Positions 31,027 to 41,526 are shown, counted from the stretch's first letter. The stretch is 64,000 nt of DNA from a virus (IMGVR_UViG_3300044557_000185:44379-108378); one strand, 5' to 3'. The notes: generated by a model not told the origin, from the letters alone. Translations and numbers: made by a program.

Positions 31027-32178
31027 TTATTTCTTTGCAGATTCAGTTATCGGAACATTCTCACCATGGGCTTCAATTTCATCTTCAACAGTCTCTTCTG
31101 CTTCACCGTTTCTGTATTCGACTAGATCTGCAAGCATATCTGCTAGCTCATTGTCAGGATCAAGCGCTAATTGATCAGACAGTGCTGAAATAGCTGCATC
31201 TAGATTAGATACGTCATGCGCTTTCTTTACAGAAGCTTTATGCTTCGAGGCATTGACATTGGAAGCTACCCATGCATCAGCAGCACGTTTTGCTTCAGAA
31301 AATGTATAGTAATCAGCATCAGCATCAAAGTACACGGTTTCACCAGTTTCAGCGTCTACGATTTCAAAATTGACATTGTAGTCGTCACCGTTTGCTTCGA
31401 AAAGTCTAACTGTAGCTGCGTAGCCATTGCCATAGTCTTTATACTCTGAACCATTAAGCTGAACTATAGACGCGTAGCCATCGCTATAGTCGTCATACTC
31501 TGAGCCATATGGTTCGACGCCTGTATCAATCCAGCCTTCAGAAGCTTTCTTTGCAGATGCTTCAGTAGCGAATGGATCGTCTGCTTCCTTATCATCATCA
31601 AGATCTGCAGCGTTGTAGCAAGCATTCTCAGCTTCCTCGAACGAGTCGAATCCATAGAAGGTGTCATTAAGAAGACCATTGACTGACGATGTAGCATCAA
31701 AATGCTCAATGCCATCCTCATCTACATACGACTGAATCGTGAACTCGTCTTTTCCAGTGTCGTATGTCCATTCTTTGATCTTTCCATAGTCTGGGTCGTC
31801 ATATGACTCCAAAGACCAGTCGAAGTCGTCAGCAGCTGTCTTCTTAGCAGCCATAGTAATTCCTCCATTTTCAGCTGATTCGCTTGCAGCATCTTCAGCA
31901 GACATTTTCGTGTACCATCTAATTGCATTATCATACAAAGCTAGAAGATCGCCTCCATCTCCTACAGCAGTGAATGCATAATTGAATCCGTCTTCGCCAT
32001 CGTATTGCAGAACTACATTGTAGCTCTTAGCAGAAGACTTCAGACTAGAATAGAGATCTTGCACATCTGAAACATCCCAGATTCCCAAGTCGTCAGAAGC
32101 TATCTCAAACTTCATGGTATTGCTCAATGCATTCAGCCTTTCTCGGTAGAATAGATGCGATTCATATGGAAGAATCAT
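31027..32178 (-). CDS. acidic protein with basic KxA linkers, possible internal head protein
   Basis: Acidic domains separated by AKKTA/AKKAS/VKKAH. Confidence 0.55.
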   Translation of the reverse strand: MILPYESHLFYRERLNALSNTMKFEIASDDLGIWDVSDVQDLYSSLKSSAKSYNVVLQYDGEDGFNYAFTAVGDGGDLLALYDNAIRWYTKMSAEDAASESAENGGITMAAKKTAADDFDWSLESYDDPDYGKIKEWTYDTGKDEFTIQSYVDEDGIEHFDATSSVNGLLNDTFYGFDSFEEAENACYNAADLDDDKEADDPFATEASAKKASEGWIDTGVEPYGSEYDDYSDGYASIVQLNGSEYKDYGNGYAATVRLFEANGDDYNVNFEIVDAETGETVYFDADADYYTFSEAKRAADAWVASNVNASKHKASVKKAHDVSNLDAAISALSDQLALDPDNELADMLADLVEYRNGEAEETVEDEIEAHGENVPITESAKK

Positions 32179-32251
32179 GATGTGATGACAAGATCCATAT
32201 AGTTATATTATATCATCAACGCTATTCTATTCGCATCAATCTCGATCAATG

Positions 32252-33211
32252 CTAGTTCAGATTGACTTGCACTGCAGTAGAGTCCTGAGTGTCTCCATCT
32301 TGGATTTCTATGATTCCACGAGCTCCATAGAACATCAACGGTGCTTGACGATTATGAATGTCCATAAGCTGAGACCAAGTCACATCTGCATCTGTCGAAT
32401 GAATCAGATTCTTAGTGCAGTTGATAGCATCTGCGCCATTAGCTACCATTTCTGTAGAGTCATTCCATACAAGCTCATTGTCATTGATGAAGCCAAGCTT
32501 CGCATATTGCGACGTAGTCACATCAGCAAAGCAAGTGTCCATGATCTGCTGTTTTAGCTGCGATGAAGAGGGAGTTGCATCACTGTCACTAGAATCTGAC
32601 TGAGAATCATCTTGCTGGTCATTATCGCTAGAACTGCTATCTGAATCAGACGAAGAATCAGACGATGGTTCAGGCTTGAAGTAAGTATCATACGTAGCTT
32701 CTGTCATAGCTGCGAATTGATACTTGCCATATTCGTTCTTGAACAAGAAGAACCAATAGTCTCCATTCTGTTTTGCTTTAATGCCAGCAGTGGCTACAGT
32801 CTCATCACTGCCCTTGTCAGCGTCATGCTTGACTATCGAATTAAGATTGCCCTTGTCTACTCCAAGATTAGTCGCAATGCAGTCGAAGTACTTCGTATTG
32901 CTGTATGGAGACATTGATGAAGTTGATGCCATGTAGTCATCAGCACTGAAACCGTCATCTTTAAAAGAGGAGTTCATTTCATTGTCGCATCTACTGAAAG
33001 CAGCATTGAGACCTACTGCATTAGCCTTCTGAACGTATGAATTAATCGCTAAGCATGTTGCCGCTACAGCAACTGCTACGCCAACTCCAATTGCAATTTT
33101 CTTGATCGTGTCACGCTTCTTGCTGTCTGGATCAGGAGCTTGTGCAGATGGGTGCGATATGTGAGCGCTGTCATACTGCCAATTCGGGTTGTTCTGATTT
33201 TGAATGTTCAT
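32252..33211 (-). CDS. membrane-anchored exported protein
   Basis: TM segment IAIGVGVAVAVAATCLAI, Ser/Asp linker, paired Cys. Confidence 0.7.
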   Translation of the reverse strand: MNIQNQNNPNWQYDSAHISHPSAQAPDPDSKKRDTIKKIAIGVGVAVAVAATCLAINSYVQKANAVGLNAAFSRCDNEMNSSFKDDGFSADDYMASTSSMSPYSNTKYFDCIATNLGVDKGNLNSIVKHDADKGSDETVATAGIKAKQNGDYWFFLFKNEYGKYQFAAMTEATYDTYFKPEPSSDSSSDSDSSSSDNDQQDDSQSDSSDSDATPSSSQLKQQIMDTCFADVTTSQYAKLGFINDNELVWNDSTEMVANGADAINCTKNLIHSTDADVTWSQLMDIHNRQAPLMFYGARGIIEIQDGDTQDSTAVQVNLN

Positions 33212-33273
33212 GATTCAAGCCTTTCATTCCTTTCATGTCATCGATGTAAGCTATTTGTTTAGCTTATAGTTAT

Positions 33274-33302
33274 ATTATATACCATAAGGCAAGCAAAGTA
33301 AA
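33274..33302 (-). promoter_or_regulatory. conserved phage promoter
   Basis: TTTACT-N17-TATAAT-ATAACTAT. Confidence 0.8.
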
Positions 33303-33315
33303 ATCGACAGCTAAA

Positions 33316-33440
33316 GTTATGACGTTGTTCTCTAGTAACATAGAATATGAAGCATATATAATTATATAGACATGATACTGTAAGTTAGCAGAGATAAACC
33401 TCGTTAATCTGGTGACATGCCAGTGTCATATGTATGATTG
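33316..33440 (+). repeat. dispersed intergenic palindrome, copy 7
   Basis: ATGACGTTGTTCTCT...TATATAATTATATA...AGAGATAAACCTCGTTAATCTGGTGAC. Confidence 0.9.
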
Positions 33441-33445
33441 AAAAA

Positions 33446-33592
33446 TCAAATGCTTGTAGTATTGCTAGTTCGATATTGCGTTTCGATGACGAATGGTGAC
33501 TTGCAATATGGACAGACTTCTATGAATCGACCATAGTGTAGAGGCTGCCATTCAGGCTTTACGAATATGTGGCAATGGGTGCAGTATTGCAT
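33446..33592 (-). CDS. small zinc-ribbon protein (48 aa)
   Basis: MQYCTHC...VCPYCK; not in the ORF track. Confidence 0.55.
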   Translation of the reverse strand: MQYCTHCHIFVKPEWQPLHYGRFIEVCPYCKSPFVIETQYRTSNTTSI

Positions 33593-33594
33593 GT

Positions 33595-33894
33595 CTATTC
33601 CTTGCTATGCTTGATGATTCGTGACATTGGCGTTTTTCTGTCTGCTGCTTTGCCAATCAGAATGTCTATATGACATCCAAGTGCATTTGCATATGCAGCT
33701 AAAGCTTCAAGTTCATTATCTATTACTTTGTACAAGTCAAAGTCTGAATCGACATTCATAAGCATCTTGATCGTCTCGACGTTCTTACTATTCTCTATGC
33801 TCAAGTCATGCAGAGCTTTGATGATGTCAGGATGCTTGAATCTGGAATAGTCTGTGAAGGCTTCTGCTTGTCTGTCGTCACTCATCAGAATCAA
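33595..33894 (-). CDS. hypothetical protein, possible degenerate HTH
   Basis: LAAYANALGCHIDILIG resembles an XRE C-terminus. Confidence 0.5.
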   Translation of the reverse strand: MILMSDDRQAEAFTDYSRFKHPDIIKALHDLSIENSKNVETIKMLMNVDSDFDLYKVIDNELEALAAYANALGCHIDILIGKAADRKTPMSRIIKHSKE

Positions 33895-34504
33895 CCATTG
33901 TAGCTGTCATTCCATCGATCTTGTATTTGCTGATCTTGTGCTTTCTTTCAGAAGCTGAAGTATCGAATGCATAAGCTGGATGAGTCTGCTTCATAGTCTT
34001 GACTACAGCTCGTTCTGTCATGACAGCATTGTACATCTTGATGATTTCATCTTCATCTAATTCGATGAAAGTAGTCTCAAGACCATCGAACAGTCGATAC
34101 AATCTCCAATCGTTTTCAGTCTTGACTAGTTCAGTCCATTCACCTATTGCGTAGCTATGGACTTTGCTGTCATGCTTGAATGGATCGTATTCGTCTTCAT
34201 CAATTGGCATCAGGAAAATAGCAATATCGTGTCTGTCAAGCAGTTCAATGAAATTAGACCATGTATTACGGATGCCATAGTCGTCATCATAAATGCAATC
34301 GTCTTCGAATAGAAGCTGCCAAAACGTTATGAATGCGTTGGCATCATGAAACAGAATCGATACTTCTTTCTCGTCTGGCATGACTTCATCATTGAATTCG
34401 AATGTGCCATTGCTGCCAGACAGCAAGAACTTATGATGGATGTACTTCTCAGACAGAACTGTCTCCATGACTTTGCGATTCGATTCTTTTCTTTGCTCAT
34501 TCAT
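33878..34504 (-). CDS. hypothetical protein
   Basis: 208-aa ORF. Confidence 0.65.
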   Translation of the reverse strand: MNEQRKESNRKVMETVLSEKYIHHKFLLSGSNGTFEFNDEVMPDEKEVSILFHDANAFITFWQLLFEDDCIYDDDYGIRNTWSNFIELLDRHDIAIFLMPIDEDEYDPFKHDSKVHSYAIGEWTELVKTENDWRLYRLFDGLETTFIELDEDEIIKMYNAVMTERAVVKTMKQTHPAYAFDTSASERKHKISKYKIDGMTATMVDSDE

Positions 34505-34630
34505 ATTTCATATCCTAAATCTATATCCAGTATATCCTACGATTAACGACGTTTAATTGTGTGAACTTCTAAGCATAAGTATTATAAATTATATATACTT
34601 AAGCTTTCGTATCAATCTAGATCAATCTGA
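34505..34630 (-). repeat. dispersed intergenic palindrome, copy 8 (inverted, degenerate)
   Basis: AACGACGTTTAATTGTGTGAACTT...TTATAAATTATATA...TAGATCAATCT. Confidence 0.75.
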
Positions 34631-34651
34631 TACTTTCATTACTAACTACTT

Positions 34652-34843
34652 TCATGTAAGCGCCATTACTAAGACAACGATCAGATTGATTGCAGTCAGC
34701 AAAGACAATAGCATTAAAGCCATTGACAAATCCACTTTCAATTGCTCATGCTTGTCTTTTGCAGCTAGAATCAGAATAGTTACGGACAGAATGCTTGATA
34801 TGCATGTGAATACAGCTGACAGAATAAGCAGAAATTCAATCAT
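34652..34843 (-). CDS. small two-TM membrane protein
   Basis: Hydrophobic 63 aa; overlaps the GT stop. Confidence 0.55.
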   Translation of the reverse strand: MIEFLLILSAVFTCISSILSVTILILAAKDKHEQLKVDLSMALMLLSLLTAINLIVVLVMALT

Positions 34844-36231
34844 GGTCTCATCTCTTTGAATCGTCTTACAATCCTAAGTATCAAGAATGTCATTGACAAT
34901 GAAGACAGAATTGTCATAAAAGCTAGTGAGCGCCATCCCACAGTCATCACCATACTACCTACTGCTGGTGCATATCGCAATAGGAAGATAAGTCCTATCA
35001 TCGGTAGTGAGAATGACACAGTGAGCACCATCCAGCCGGAAACATTGACATGCTTGCTCGAAGACTCAGCTTTGTACTGCTTCTTCCATCCATCAGAACG
35101 AAGATTCAGCAAAAGCGATACTAAAGACTCTATCCAGACAGATAGCGTTCGTAGATAGTAGATCTCACCTGGAATGAAGACCAAAGCACGAAAGACTTCT
35201 CCAAAAGACCTGTCTGGTATTCTTACTGCAATCAATGTCGATTGAATGATAGCAAGAACGATTGGTGTAAGCCACCACAGCGACAAAGAAAGATTGCCAG
35301 TCAAAATGTCTGCTCCAGCAAGCGAGACAAACAGCACTCGAAGAATGACATTCCACCCAAGAACCAATTGGTCACGCCATCTTCTTCTATCCTGATATGG
35401 ATGGAATTCACGAGTGAGGTCGTCAAAATGACCATCCTGCCATTTTCGTCTTTGACTGTGCCATTGGTATGAGTGAAGCATCAAACCAGTCCAAGCTCTT
35501 GCTTGTAACGATACTCGTGCCTCCAGTCCCAAACGAGACCCGATTCTTGTAAGCTGTGCATCCTCAACCTTGCTTGATGCATCCCATGGAAGTCGATTGG
35601 GCATTGTCTTCGCTATCGAATCAAGAGCTTTCATGCTGAACAATGTAGCTTGACCACCAAGAATAGATGTATGCTGACCTCTGAGTTGTGCACGAACCTC
35701 AGTCATTGCGAATTCGACACGTTGACCAGAGACAAGAGAACGAGAAAAGTTTGAATTCGTATCTGGTTTGCGGAATGCATAGCGTGCACGAACTCCAAGT
35801 GCAAGAGGCCATTGCTTCATGTCATGCTCAAGATGCTCTACCATATGAGAGTCAGCCTCTACATCAGCGTCACATCCAAGAATCATCATAGTGTTTGGAA
35901 AGTCATGACGAATGCATGAATACCCTTCATTAAGCGCATTAGCTTTTCCTGGAACATGAAGTCTGATGACATGAATATTGGGAAAGCAACCGGCGTATGT
36001 CTGCGCCATCTTTGCTGAGACATCGCTGATTCCGCTTCCGTTTATGACAATCAGTATGTTGTTGATTCTACGTGTCTGTCGCAAAAGAGAATCAAGAGTA
36101 ACATCGAGCGATTCTTCTTTCTCATATGTCGGAATCAAAGCTGTAATCTCATTGTCTGTTTGCTGTTGCACGTCAATGAATCTGTGCAGACGACCTATCT
36201 GTCGTTCAATGAAATCAAGTGTCGCCCACAT
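34840..36231 (-). CDS. processive membrane GT2 glycosyltransferase (PgaC/HAS/cellulose-synthase-like)
   Basis: IPTYEKE, GKANALN, DAD, VED, QRRKW, C-terminal TM helices. Confidence 0.85.
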   Translation of the reverse strand: MWATLDFIERQIGRLHRFIDVQQQTDNEITALIPTYEKEESLDVTLDSLLRQTRRINNILIVINGSGISDVSAKMAQTYAGCFPNIHVIRLHVPGKANALNEGYSCIRHDFPNTMMILGCDADVEADSHMVEHLEHDMKQWPLALGVRARYAFRKPDTNSNFSRSLVSGQRVEFAMTEVRAQLRGQHTSILGGQATLFSMKALDSIAKTMPNRLPWDASSKVEDAQLTRIGSRLGLEARVSLQARAWTGLMLHSYQWHSQRRKWQDGHFDDLTREFHPYQDRRRWRDQLVLGWNVILRVLFVSLAGADILTGNLSLSLWWLTPIVLAIIQSTLIAVRIPDRSFGEVFRALVFIPGEIYYLRTLSVWIESLVSLLLNLRSDGWKKQYKAESSSKHVNVSGWMVLTVSFSLPMIGLIFLLRYAPAVGSMVMTVGWRSLAFMTILSSLSMTFLILRIVRRFKEMRP

Positions 36232-36545
36232 GAATGGTTTTTTGTCGTACTGCTATGTCGGTGTTCATGATTGCTCATTCTTTCATGTCTAGTCCTTGAC
36301 TAGTCGATAGTCTCTACGCTGCTGGTCATGCACAGTCTTGTCTACTTCATTGTCAAGAGCGAACACGTTGCTTGCTCTTACTACAGTTCCATTGACTTCG
36401 CACCAGAAGCCATTGTCATCTTCATGAACTTCTACTATTTGCTTCTTCATTCTGATTTCGATTCCTTGTCTTGATATTGCTTAAGTTTACGCTTCAGCGT
36501 GATTCGTTCTTTGTAAAGACTATCAATCAGTTTATTGAGTCGATT

Positions 36546-37217
36546 TCATTCTGATGCTGTCTTAAGAGCGTTTTCGATTGTGCAGCTGTCTATATTCATT
36601 TTAGCATCACCAACATAAAGCTTATAACTGCCATTATGCCTTTTGATGCTGACAGTAATGCCTCCTTTTGTCTTAGCATATAGCCCCTTAAGCAAATAGA
36701 CTGGAATCACCCAAATCTTATCGAAGTTAATGCTTACGAAAACGAAGTAGTCTACATAGTCAAGAAGCCTCTTATTCAATATGCCAAACACATTCCTGCT
36801 GTATTTGCTTGAATTGCTTGAATACAGTCTAATTGAAAAGCTTGATTCGTCAGCTTTGAATACTGTGCAAATCTCAGAATTCCAATTAGTAGAAAGACCG
36901 ATATCGCACATCTTATCATTGAACATGCTAATAGCTTTTTCTCTACTAGAAGTTCTTGGTTCGTCTTGAATCTTAGCTTCTTTGAATCCATCAAGTGCAT
37001 TATACTGCTTGACTTTGTCAAAGAAGTCATTATTGAATGAACGTTCTAGAGACTTCCATTTTTCGTCTTGATCGTCAGAATCGCATTCAGTAGATTTTCT
37101 GATGAAGTCTAGCAAATCATTCAATTTGCTTGAATCAAGATAAGATTCAATCGTGACATGCCCATAGATATTGTCTTCGCATTCGATATTGAGCTTCAAC
37201 TTCTTGTCGTTTGCCAT
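36546..37217 (-). CDS. hypothetical protein
   Basis: Likely start MANDKK at 37217, downstream of a promoter. Confidence 0.65.
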   Translation of the reverse strand: MANDKKLKLNIECEDNIYGHVTIESYLDSSKLNDLLDFIRKSTECDSDDQDEKWKSLERSFNNDFFDKVKQYNALDGFKEAKIQDEPRTSSREKAISMFNDKMCDIGLSTNWNSEICTVFKADESSFSIRLYSSNSSKYSRNVFGILNKRLLDYVDYFVFVSINFDKIWVIPVYLLKGLYAKTKGGITVSIKRHNGSYKLYVGDAKMNIDSCTIENALKTASE

Positions 37218-37256
37218 CGTGCATTCACTTTCTTGTTTGTTTTGATTTATAGTTAT

Positions 37257-37285
37257 ATTATATAACATAATCTATAGAATGTAAA
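37257..37285 (-). promoter_or_regulatory. conserved phage promoter
   Basis: TTTACA-N17-TATAAT-ATAACTAT. Confidence 0.8.
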
Positions 37286-37377
37286 ATCGATATCGCAATC
37301 ATATACGCAATCATCGTCTGAACTGCATTTTGCTGTCATATCGCTTTTTCAATGATAGCACATCATCAGTCTATGTC

Positions 37378-37584
37378 TTATTGTCTATAGCAATCATAAT
37401 CATGTGGATTGTCTGGAACTTGATCAGTCACATCAATCCAAGTCTTTCCTGCAAGCTTCCAGTACTTTGGGTCAACGCAGTCATCTTTGACTTTTGGAAG
37501 CTCGCCAATGTATTCGAATTCGCCATCTGGAAGACATCCGCAAGTGTGCTTGTATTTTGGATGCCGAAGCTTTCTCATCTTCAT
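37378..37584 (-). CDS. hypothetical protein
   Basis: 68-aa ORF with RBS. Confidence 0.6.
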   Translation of the reverse strand: MKMRKLRHPKYKHTCGCLPDGEFEYIGELPKVKDDCVDPKYWKLAGKTWIDVTDQVPDNPHDYDCYRQ

Positions 37585-37602
37585 GATCGTCTTTTCTTTC
37601 TT

Positions 37603-37827
37603 TCAATTGTCGAACTTCTCAATGATCAATGCCACTATGCCTGTCACGATCGTAATAACAAACACAACTACGAATACTGCTAACACAATCAAAAACGGTG
37701 CATACAACGGCAATGTAACAAGCCACCAAGACCAGTCTATGTAATGCATCAGTTTCAGAACTATGAACGCTACACCAAGCAGTTCTAGGAATGATATTCC
37801 AGAATAGTATGTTTTGCTATCTCGCAT
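37603..37827 (-). CDS. small transmembrane protein (IDWSWW..LP family)
   Basis: LGVAFIVLKL...IDWSWWLVTLPL. Confidence 0.75.
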   Translation of the reverse strand: MRDSKTYYSGISFLELLGVAFIVLKLMHYIDWSWWLVTLPLYAPFLIVLAVFVVVFVITIVTGIVALIIEKFDN

Positions 37828-37901
37828 TTTTGCTTTCCGTACAGATCTAAGTATTTTTGCTTATAGTCATATCGCATAGCAACTTATTGCAAATGTAAGA
37901 T

Positions 37902-38183
37902 TCACATAGAACCATGCATGAATTTGTCTTTCAGCATAGTCGTAAAGCATTCTATGATTTCAAACGTATCTAGACCATCTTCAGTCTTTTCTGCAATCAT
38001 CTTTCTGATTTCTGCTTCTTCTTGATTGTCTAATTCGACTAGACTTACTGCATAGTCACGCAATGCATCTGAAGCTTTTCTGAGTCCATCAACGTATCCA
38101 TCGTCAGTCTTGATTGAATTGACTATAGCAAAAGCTTCCATCATGTCATTAATGCCATGCTTTGTCAATGCTTTTTCAGTCAT
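37902..38183 (-). CDS. hypothetical protein
   Basis: 93-aa ORF. Confidence 0.6.
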   Translation of the reverse strand: MTEKALTKHGINDMMEAFAIVNSIKTDDGYVDGLRKASDALRDYAVSLVELDNQEEAEIRKMIAEKTEDGLDTFEIIECFTTMLKDKFMHGSM

Positions 38184-38195
38184 TTAAGTTCTTCT

Positions 38196-38330
38196 TTCTA
38201 TTTCATATATTAGATATGAATCTAATGTATCCTCAGTGTTACGACGTTTATCTCTATGAACTTCAAGAATACAGTCTATATAATTATATATACATGCTAT
38301 TCTAAGTCATCAGAGAACAATCTAGTTAAT
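38196..38330 (-). repeat. dispersed intergenic palindrome, copy 9 (inverted)
   Basis: ACGACGTTTATCTCT...TATATAATTATATA...AGAGAACAATCT. Confidence 0.9.
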
Positions 38331-38345
38331 GCTAAATGCTGCATA

Positions 38346-38663
38346 TTAGAAGATTGAGCTAGACTTCCATTCATCAATAAGAGCTAGTATCATCTTAGCA
38401 TCAGAATCTTCATCTGTCCAAGGCAGTGTTGCATGTCTGCGTGTAAGAGAACGCAAGTACTCTTCTACAAGCAGAGTGTCAGAATTAGTGAACATGTCGT
38501 AGAATGAAATGCAGTATGACATGTTGAAGCAATCGAATGTGACGCTGTATTCATATAGTCGAATGTTCAGTACAGAATCAGACTGTCTTAGCTTGAAAGC
38601 AATCTTTGCTATCTTCTCAGAGCACTCTGTAGCAATGTCGTAGTCTAGCTTCATTCTGTCCAT
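38346..38663 (-). CDS. hypothetical protein
   Basis: Coupled early-gene run. Confidence 0.6.
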   Translation of the reverse strand: MDRMKLDYDIATECSEKIAKIAFKLRQSDSVLNIRLYEYSVTFDCFNMSYCISFYDMFTNSDTLLVEEYLRSLTRRHATLPWTDEDSDAKMILALIDEWKSSSIF

Positions 38664-38941
38664 CCTGACTCTGTAGCTTTCTCAATGACAGCATCTACTG
38701 TGTCATATGCTTTGCATCCTACAAGCTTTGACATGAACGGTCTGTCAAGAAGCATGCTATCTGCTGAGTAGCATTCAAGCTTGAACCATGTGTCATTTGC
38801 TTTGTCTATGACGAACAAGACGCCATCTTTCTGAAATGACAGAATGCAGCTCTTGACTTCGCAGCTTGCTTTGAATCTGCTTTCGATATGCTGCTTCATC
38901 TCATTCAGATTCTGCTTCAATGTCTTTCGTTTGCTAGTCAT
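38651..38941 (-). CDS. hypothetical protein
   Basis: Coupled early-gene run. Confidence 0.6.
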   Translation of the reverse strand: MTSKRKTLKQNLNEMKQHIESRFKASCEVKSCILSFQKDGVLFVIDKANDTWFKLECYSADSMLLDRPFMSKLVGCKAYDTVDAVIEKATESGWTE

Positions 38942-39183
38942 TCTGACGTCTCGCTTTCAATGTCATTCTTATCGCTTTTGTTCTCATTGTTATCATTCTG
39001 AACATTCTCGTCTTCACAATCAGCTATGCAAGAATTCACTACACCTTCTATTCGCAGCATGCTGTCGTCTATGCATGCAAGATCGTCTGCATCAATCAAG
39101 TCTGCAATGTATGAATGCAGCTGTCGCTTGAAGTTGTCTACTTGCTTCTTGATGTTTAGCAGTCCTTCATAGTCTTGAGTCAT
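38938..39183 (-). CDS. hypothetical protein
   Basis: Coupled early-gene run. Confidence 0.6.
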   Translation of the reverse strand: MTQDYEGLLNIKKQVDNFKRQLHSYIADLIDADDLACIDDSMLRIEGVVNSCIADCEDENVQNDNNENKSDKNDIESETSE

Positions 39184-39198
39184 GTCATGCTCTTTCTT

Positions 39199-39567
39199 CT
39201 AGAAGAACCATGGATTTTCTGTATTGCCACGAGTAATGAAGCGGATATGTGGCTCTTGCAATCCGTACTTGCCTTTGCAAAGCTGAGAGACATACCTTCG
39301 AATAGTTCTTTGATGACATTCGCCATCTTTGCTTTTGTATGAGTGAGATTCTCGTATGTACTTCTCACCATTGAGCGGGTCTGAATACGTCTTCTTGACA
39401 GAAACTTTACCATAAGCAATCTTTATGATGTTCATAGACCAGTCGCAGTAGTAGTTGTTGTCGCCATTGCATTTCACCCATTGACGATTGTCATAGTAGA
39501 TGCAGTCGTCTTCATTAGCTTCGTTGCTTTGAGTCATAGCATTCATCAGTCTTCGTTTCCTTTCCAA
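39199..39567 (-). CDS. hypothetical protein
   Basis: Early-gene run; start uncertain. Confidence 0.55.
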   Translation of the reverse strand: MERKRRLMNAMTQSNEANEDDCIYYDNRQWVKCNGDNNYYCDWSMNIIKIAYGKVSVKKTYSDPLNGEKYIRESHSYKSKDGECHQRTIRRYVSQLCKGKYGLQEPHIRFITRGNTENPWFF

Positions 39568-39768
39568 GCAGCTAAGAACAAGAAAACGCCTAACAATGCG
39601 AAAGCATTGACTTCACCTTTAGAATCAGATAGTGATGGGATAGCATTGACTGCAAGAACAAGCATAGATGCTACAAAAGCAAGAATGATTAGCTTGATTC
39701 TAGTCTTGTTGAGTTTCATGATGTATTCTCCTGATTCACTTTCTTGTTTGTTTTTGATTTATAGTTAT

Positions 39769-39797
39769 ATTATATAACACAATGACAAGAAAGTAAA
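39769..39797 (-). promoter_or_regulatory. conserved phage promoter
   Basis: TTTACT-N17-TATAAT-ATAACTAT. Confidence 0.8.
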
Positions 39798-39818
39798 ATC
39801 AAGATAGCATTATTTGTG

Positions 39819-40055
39819 CTAGATTCTTCCTAATTCCACACGATTAGATATGCATTCTAACATCATGTCATTCCAATGCTTTTCAGCTTCTGCTTTAGTC
39901 AAGTAGAAGCAGGTCTTGAAGCCTGATGGATGAGAGCATCTCAGCTGATGCTCATTATGCATCTTGTCGCCTTCAGTCACTTCTTCTGTGACGAAGATTG
40001 GGTGAGCTTTGCAGAATTGACATTCGATTGCATTGCGATCTTCTACGCTAGTCAT
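39819..40055 (-). CDS. Lar-like (restriction alleviation) zinc-binding protein
   Basis: CQFC...C...AEKHWN pattern. Confidence 0.5.
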   Translation of the reverse strand: MTSVEDRNAIECQFCKAHPIFVTEEVTEGDKMHNEHQLRCSHPSGFKTCFYLTKAEAEKHWNDMMLECISNRVELGRI

Positions 40056-40236
40056 CTAAATCATTCAATTCTTTGACACTGATCAGAACAGGATTGTAGA
40101 TGAACTTCGAAGCTTTATTGTATGCTTCTTGAAGTCTTTCTGCTTTGACAGTCACTTTAGTCTTGACATCGTTTTCGAATGTCCAGCTTTTCATCTTATG
40201 CAAGTCTAGTCTCCTTTTTGCTAATTCGTGACAGAT

Positions 40237-40476
40237 TCAGAATTGCTGACTCTTTCGCATATTTCTGTTCTTGATGAACAAGCTTGAAGCCCTTGAATAG
40301 CTGTCTTCTAAGACGTCTTTCGTATCTTTCGGAGCTGCCTTGTAGCTTTCGCAGTTCTTGTGCTTGTAGCCTTTGACAAAGCCATTCTCAAAGACTTTCA
40401 GCATAGCTAACTTAGGTCCGATATGACCGCATTCTGTGCATTTTGCAGATGTCAAAGCAGACATTGGTCTAGTCAT
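40237..40476 (-). CDS. hypothetical zinc-binding protein
   Basis: CTECG...HKNC. Confidence 0.55.
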   Translation of the reverse strand: MTRPMSALTSAKCTECGHIGPKLAMLKVFENGFVKGYKHKNCESYKAAPKDTKDVLEDSYSRASSLFIKNRNMRKSQQF

Positions 40477-40638
40477 CTTCTTTCAATAGTATCATTTACA
40501 TTATGCTATCTCTATGAAAAAATGCATTTCAATATGATAGTAGCAGATCATTCTGGCTAAGTGCAATACTAGCCAATATAATAATATTAATCCGTTGTTT
40601 CTCTATTTCATGCAAGTAATCATGAGACATTCGCGGAG

Positions 40639-41085
40639 CTACAACTGACTTCCCAATGCTGCATATCCAGCAATATCAAGCCAGCTGTCTCTTTTGTAGT
40701 CGCCATTATTGCATCTAGCAATCTTCAAAGCTATCATGCACAATGCTACATCTTTGCTTGAGACGTCTTGATGCAGAATGACAGACCACAGTCTAGCAAT
40801 GTCATTGAAGGAGTCTTCAGCTTCTCCATAGTCTTCTTTCCTGTCGACAGCGACAGTATCGATAGCGTCTGACAGCAATTGCTTTGCAGAATCTGTATCT
40901 TTGTCAGTAGTGTCAGCAGTGTCAGAGCTAACAGAATCTTCATCATGTTGATTCAAGCACTTAATGATGACAGGCTTAGCTTTGTCATACAGATATGAAG
41001 GCGAATATTCATGAGCAGGATCGAGTATGTCTGCTTGCTCTAAAGCCATGAATATCGAATAAGCAAGCTTCTCTTCATTTTTCAT
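40639..41085 (-). CDS. DUF6378-type domain protein
   Basis: DRKEDYG..EDSF..IARLWS...DVALCMIALKIAR...DSWLDIAGYAAL. Confidence 0.8.
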   Translation of the reverse strand: MKNEEKLAYSIFMALEQADILDPAHEYSPSYLYDKAKPVIIKCLNQHDEDSVSSDTADTTDKDTDSAKQLLSDAIDTVAVDRKEDYGEAEDSFNDIARLWSVILHQDVSSKDVALCMIALKIARCNNGDYKRDSWLDIAGYAALGSQL

Positions 41086-41526
41086 AGTCGATGTCTCTTT
41101 CTTTTTTGTAGATGTGAGCAGTTCGTTTGCAGTATGCTTTAGCTATATAAGTAAGCTGATCAGCTGCCTACGTCATCTATCATGCTATGAAGCTCACGAT
41201 ATCCTCTCTTAGTTTTTGGCTGTCTCATTCTCTGTATCAGCTTGTAGGTTACTGGATCGTAAATGTCTACCTTGACTGTCAAGCGTTCAGTCTCTTCTAG
41301 CTCCTCTAGTATCTTCTCTTCTCGTTTCTTTTGCCGGTATTTGCGCTGGTATTCGCGCTGGTATTCGGCCTCTTTTCTATAGTCTTTCAAAATTCCCGCC
41401 CTTTGTCGTTCGCAGTTTCGATGACTGCATTGACGACAGCTACAGGCTGCTTGAGCAGATGAGATGTCTCTTCTGGCGAGTAACCAGCATCATGCCATTT
41501 GAGTATCATGTCTATTGTCAGCTGCT

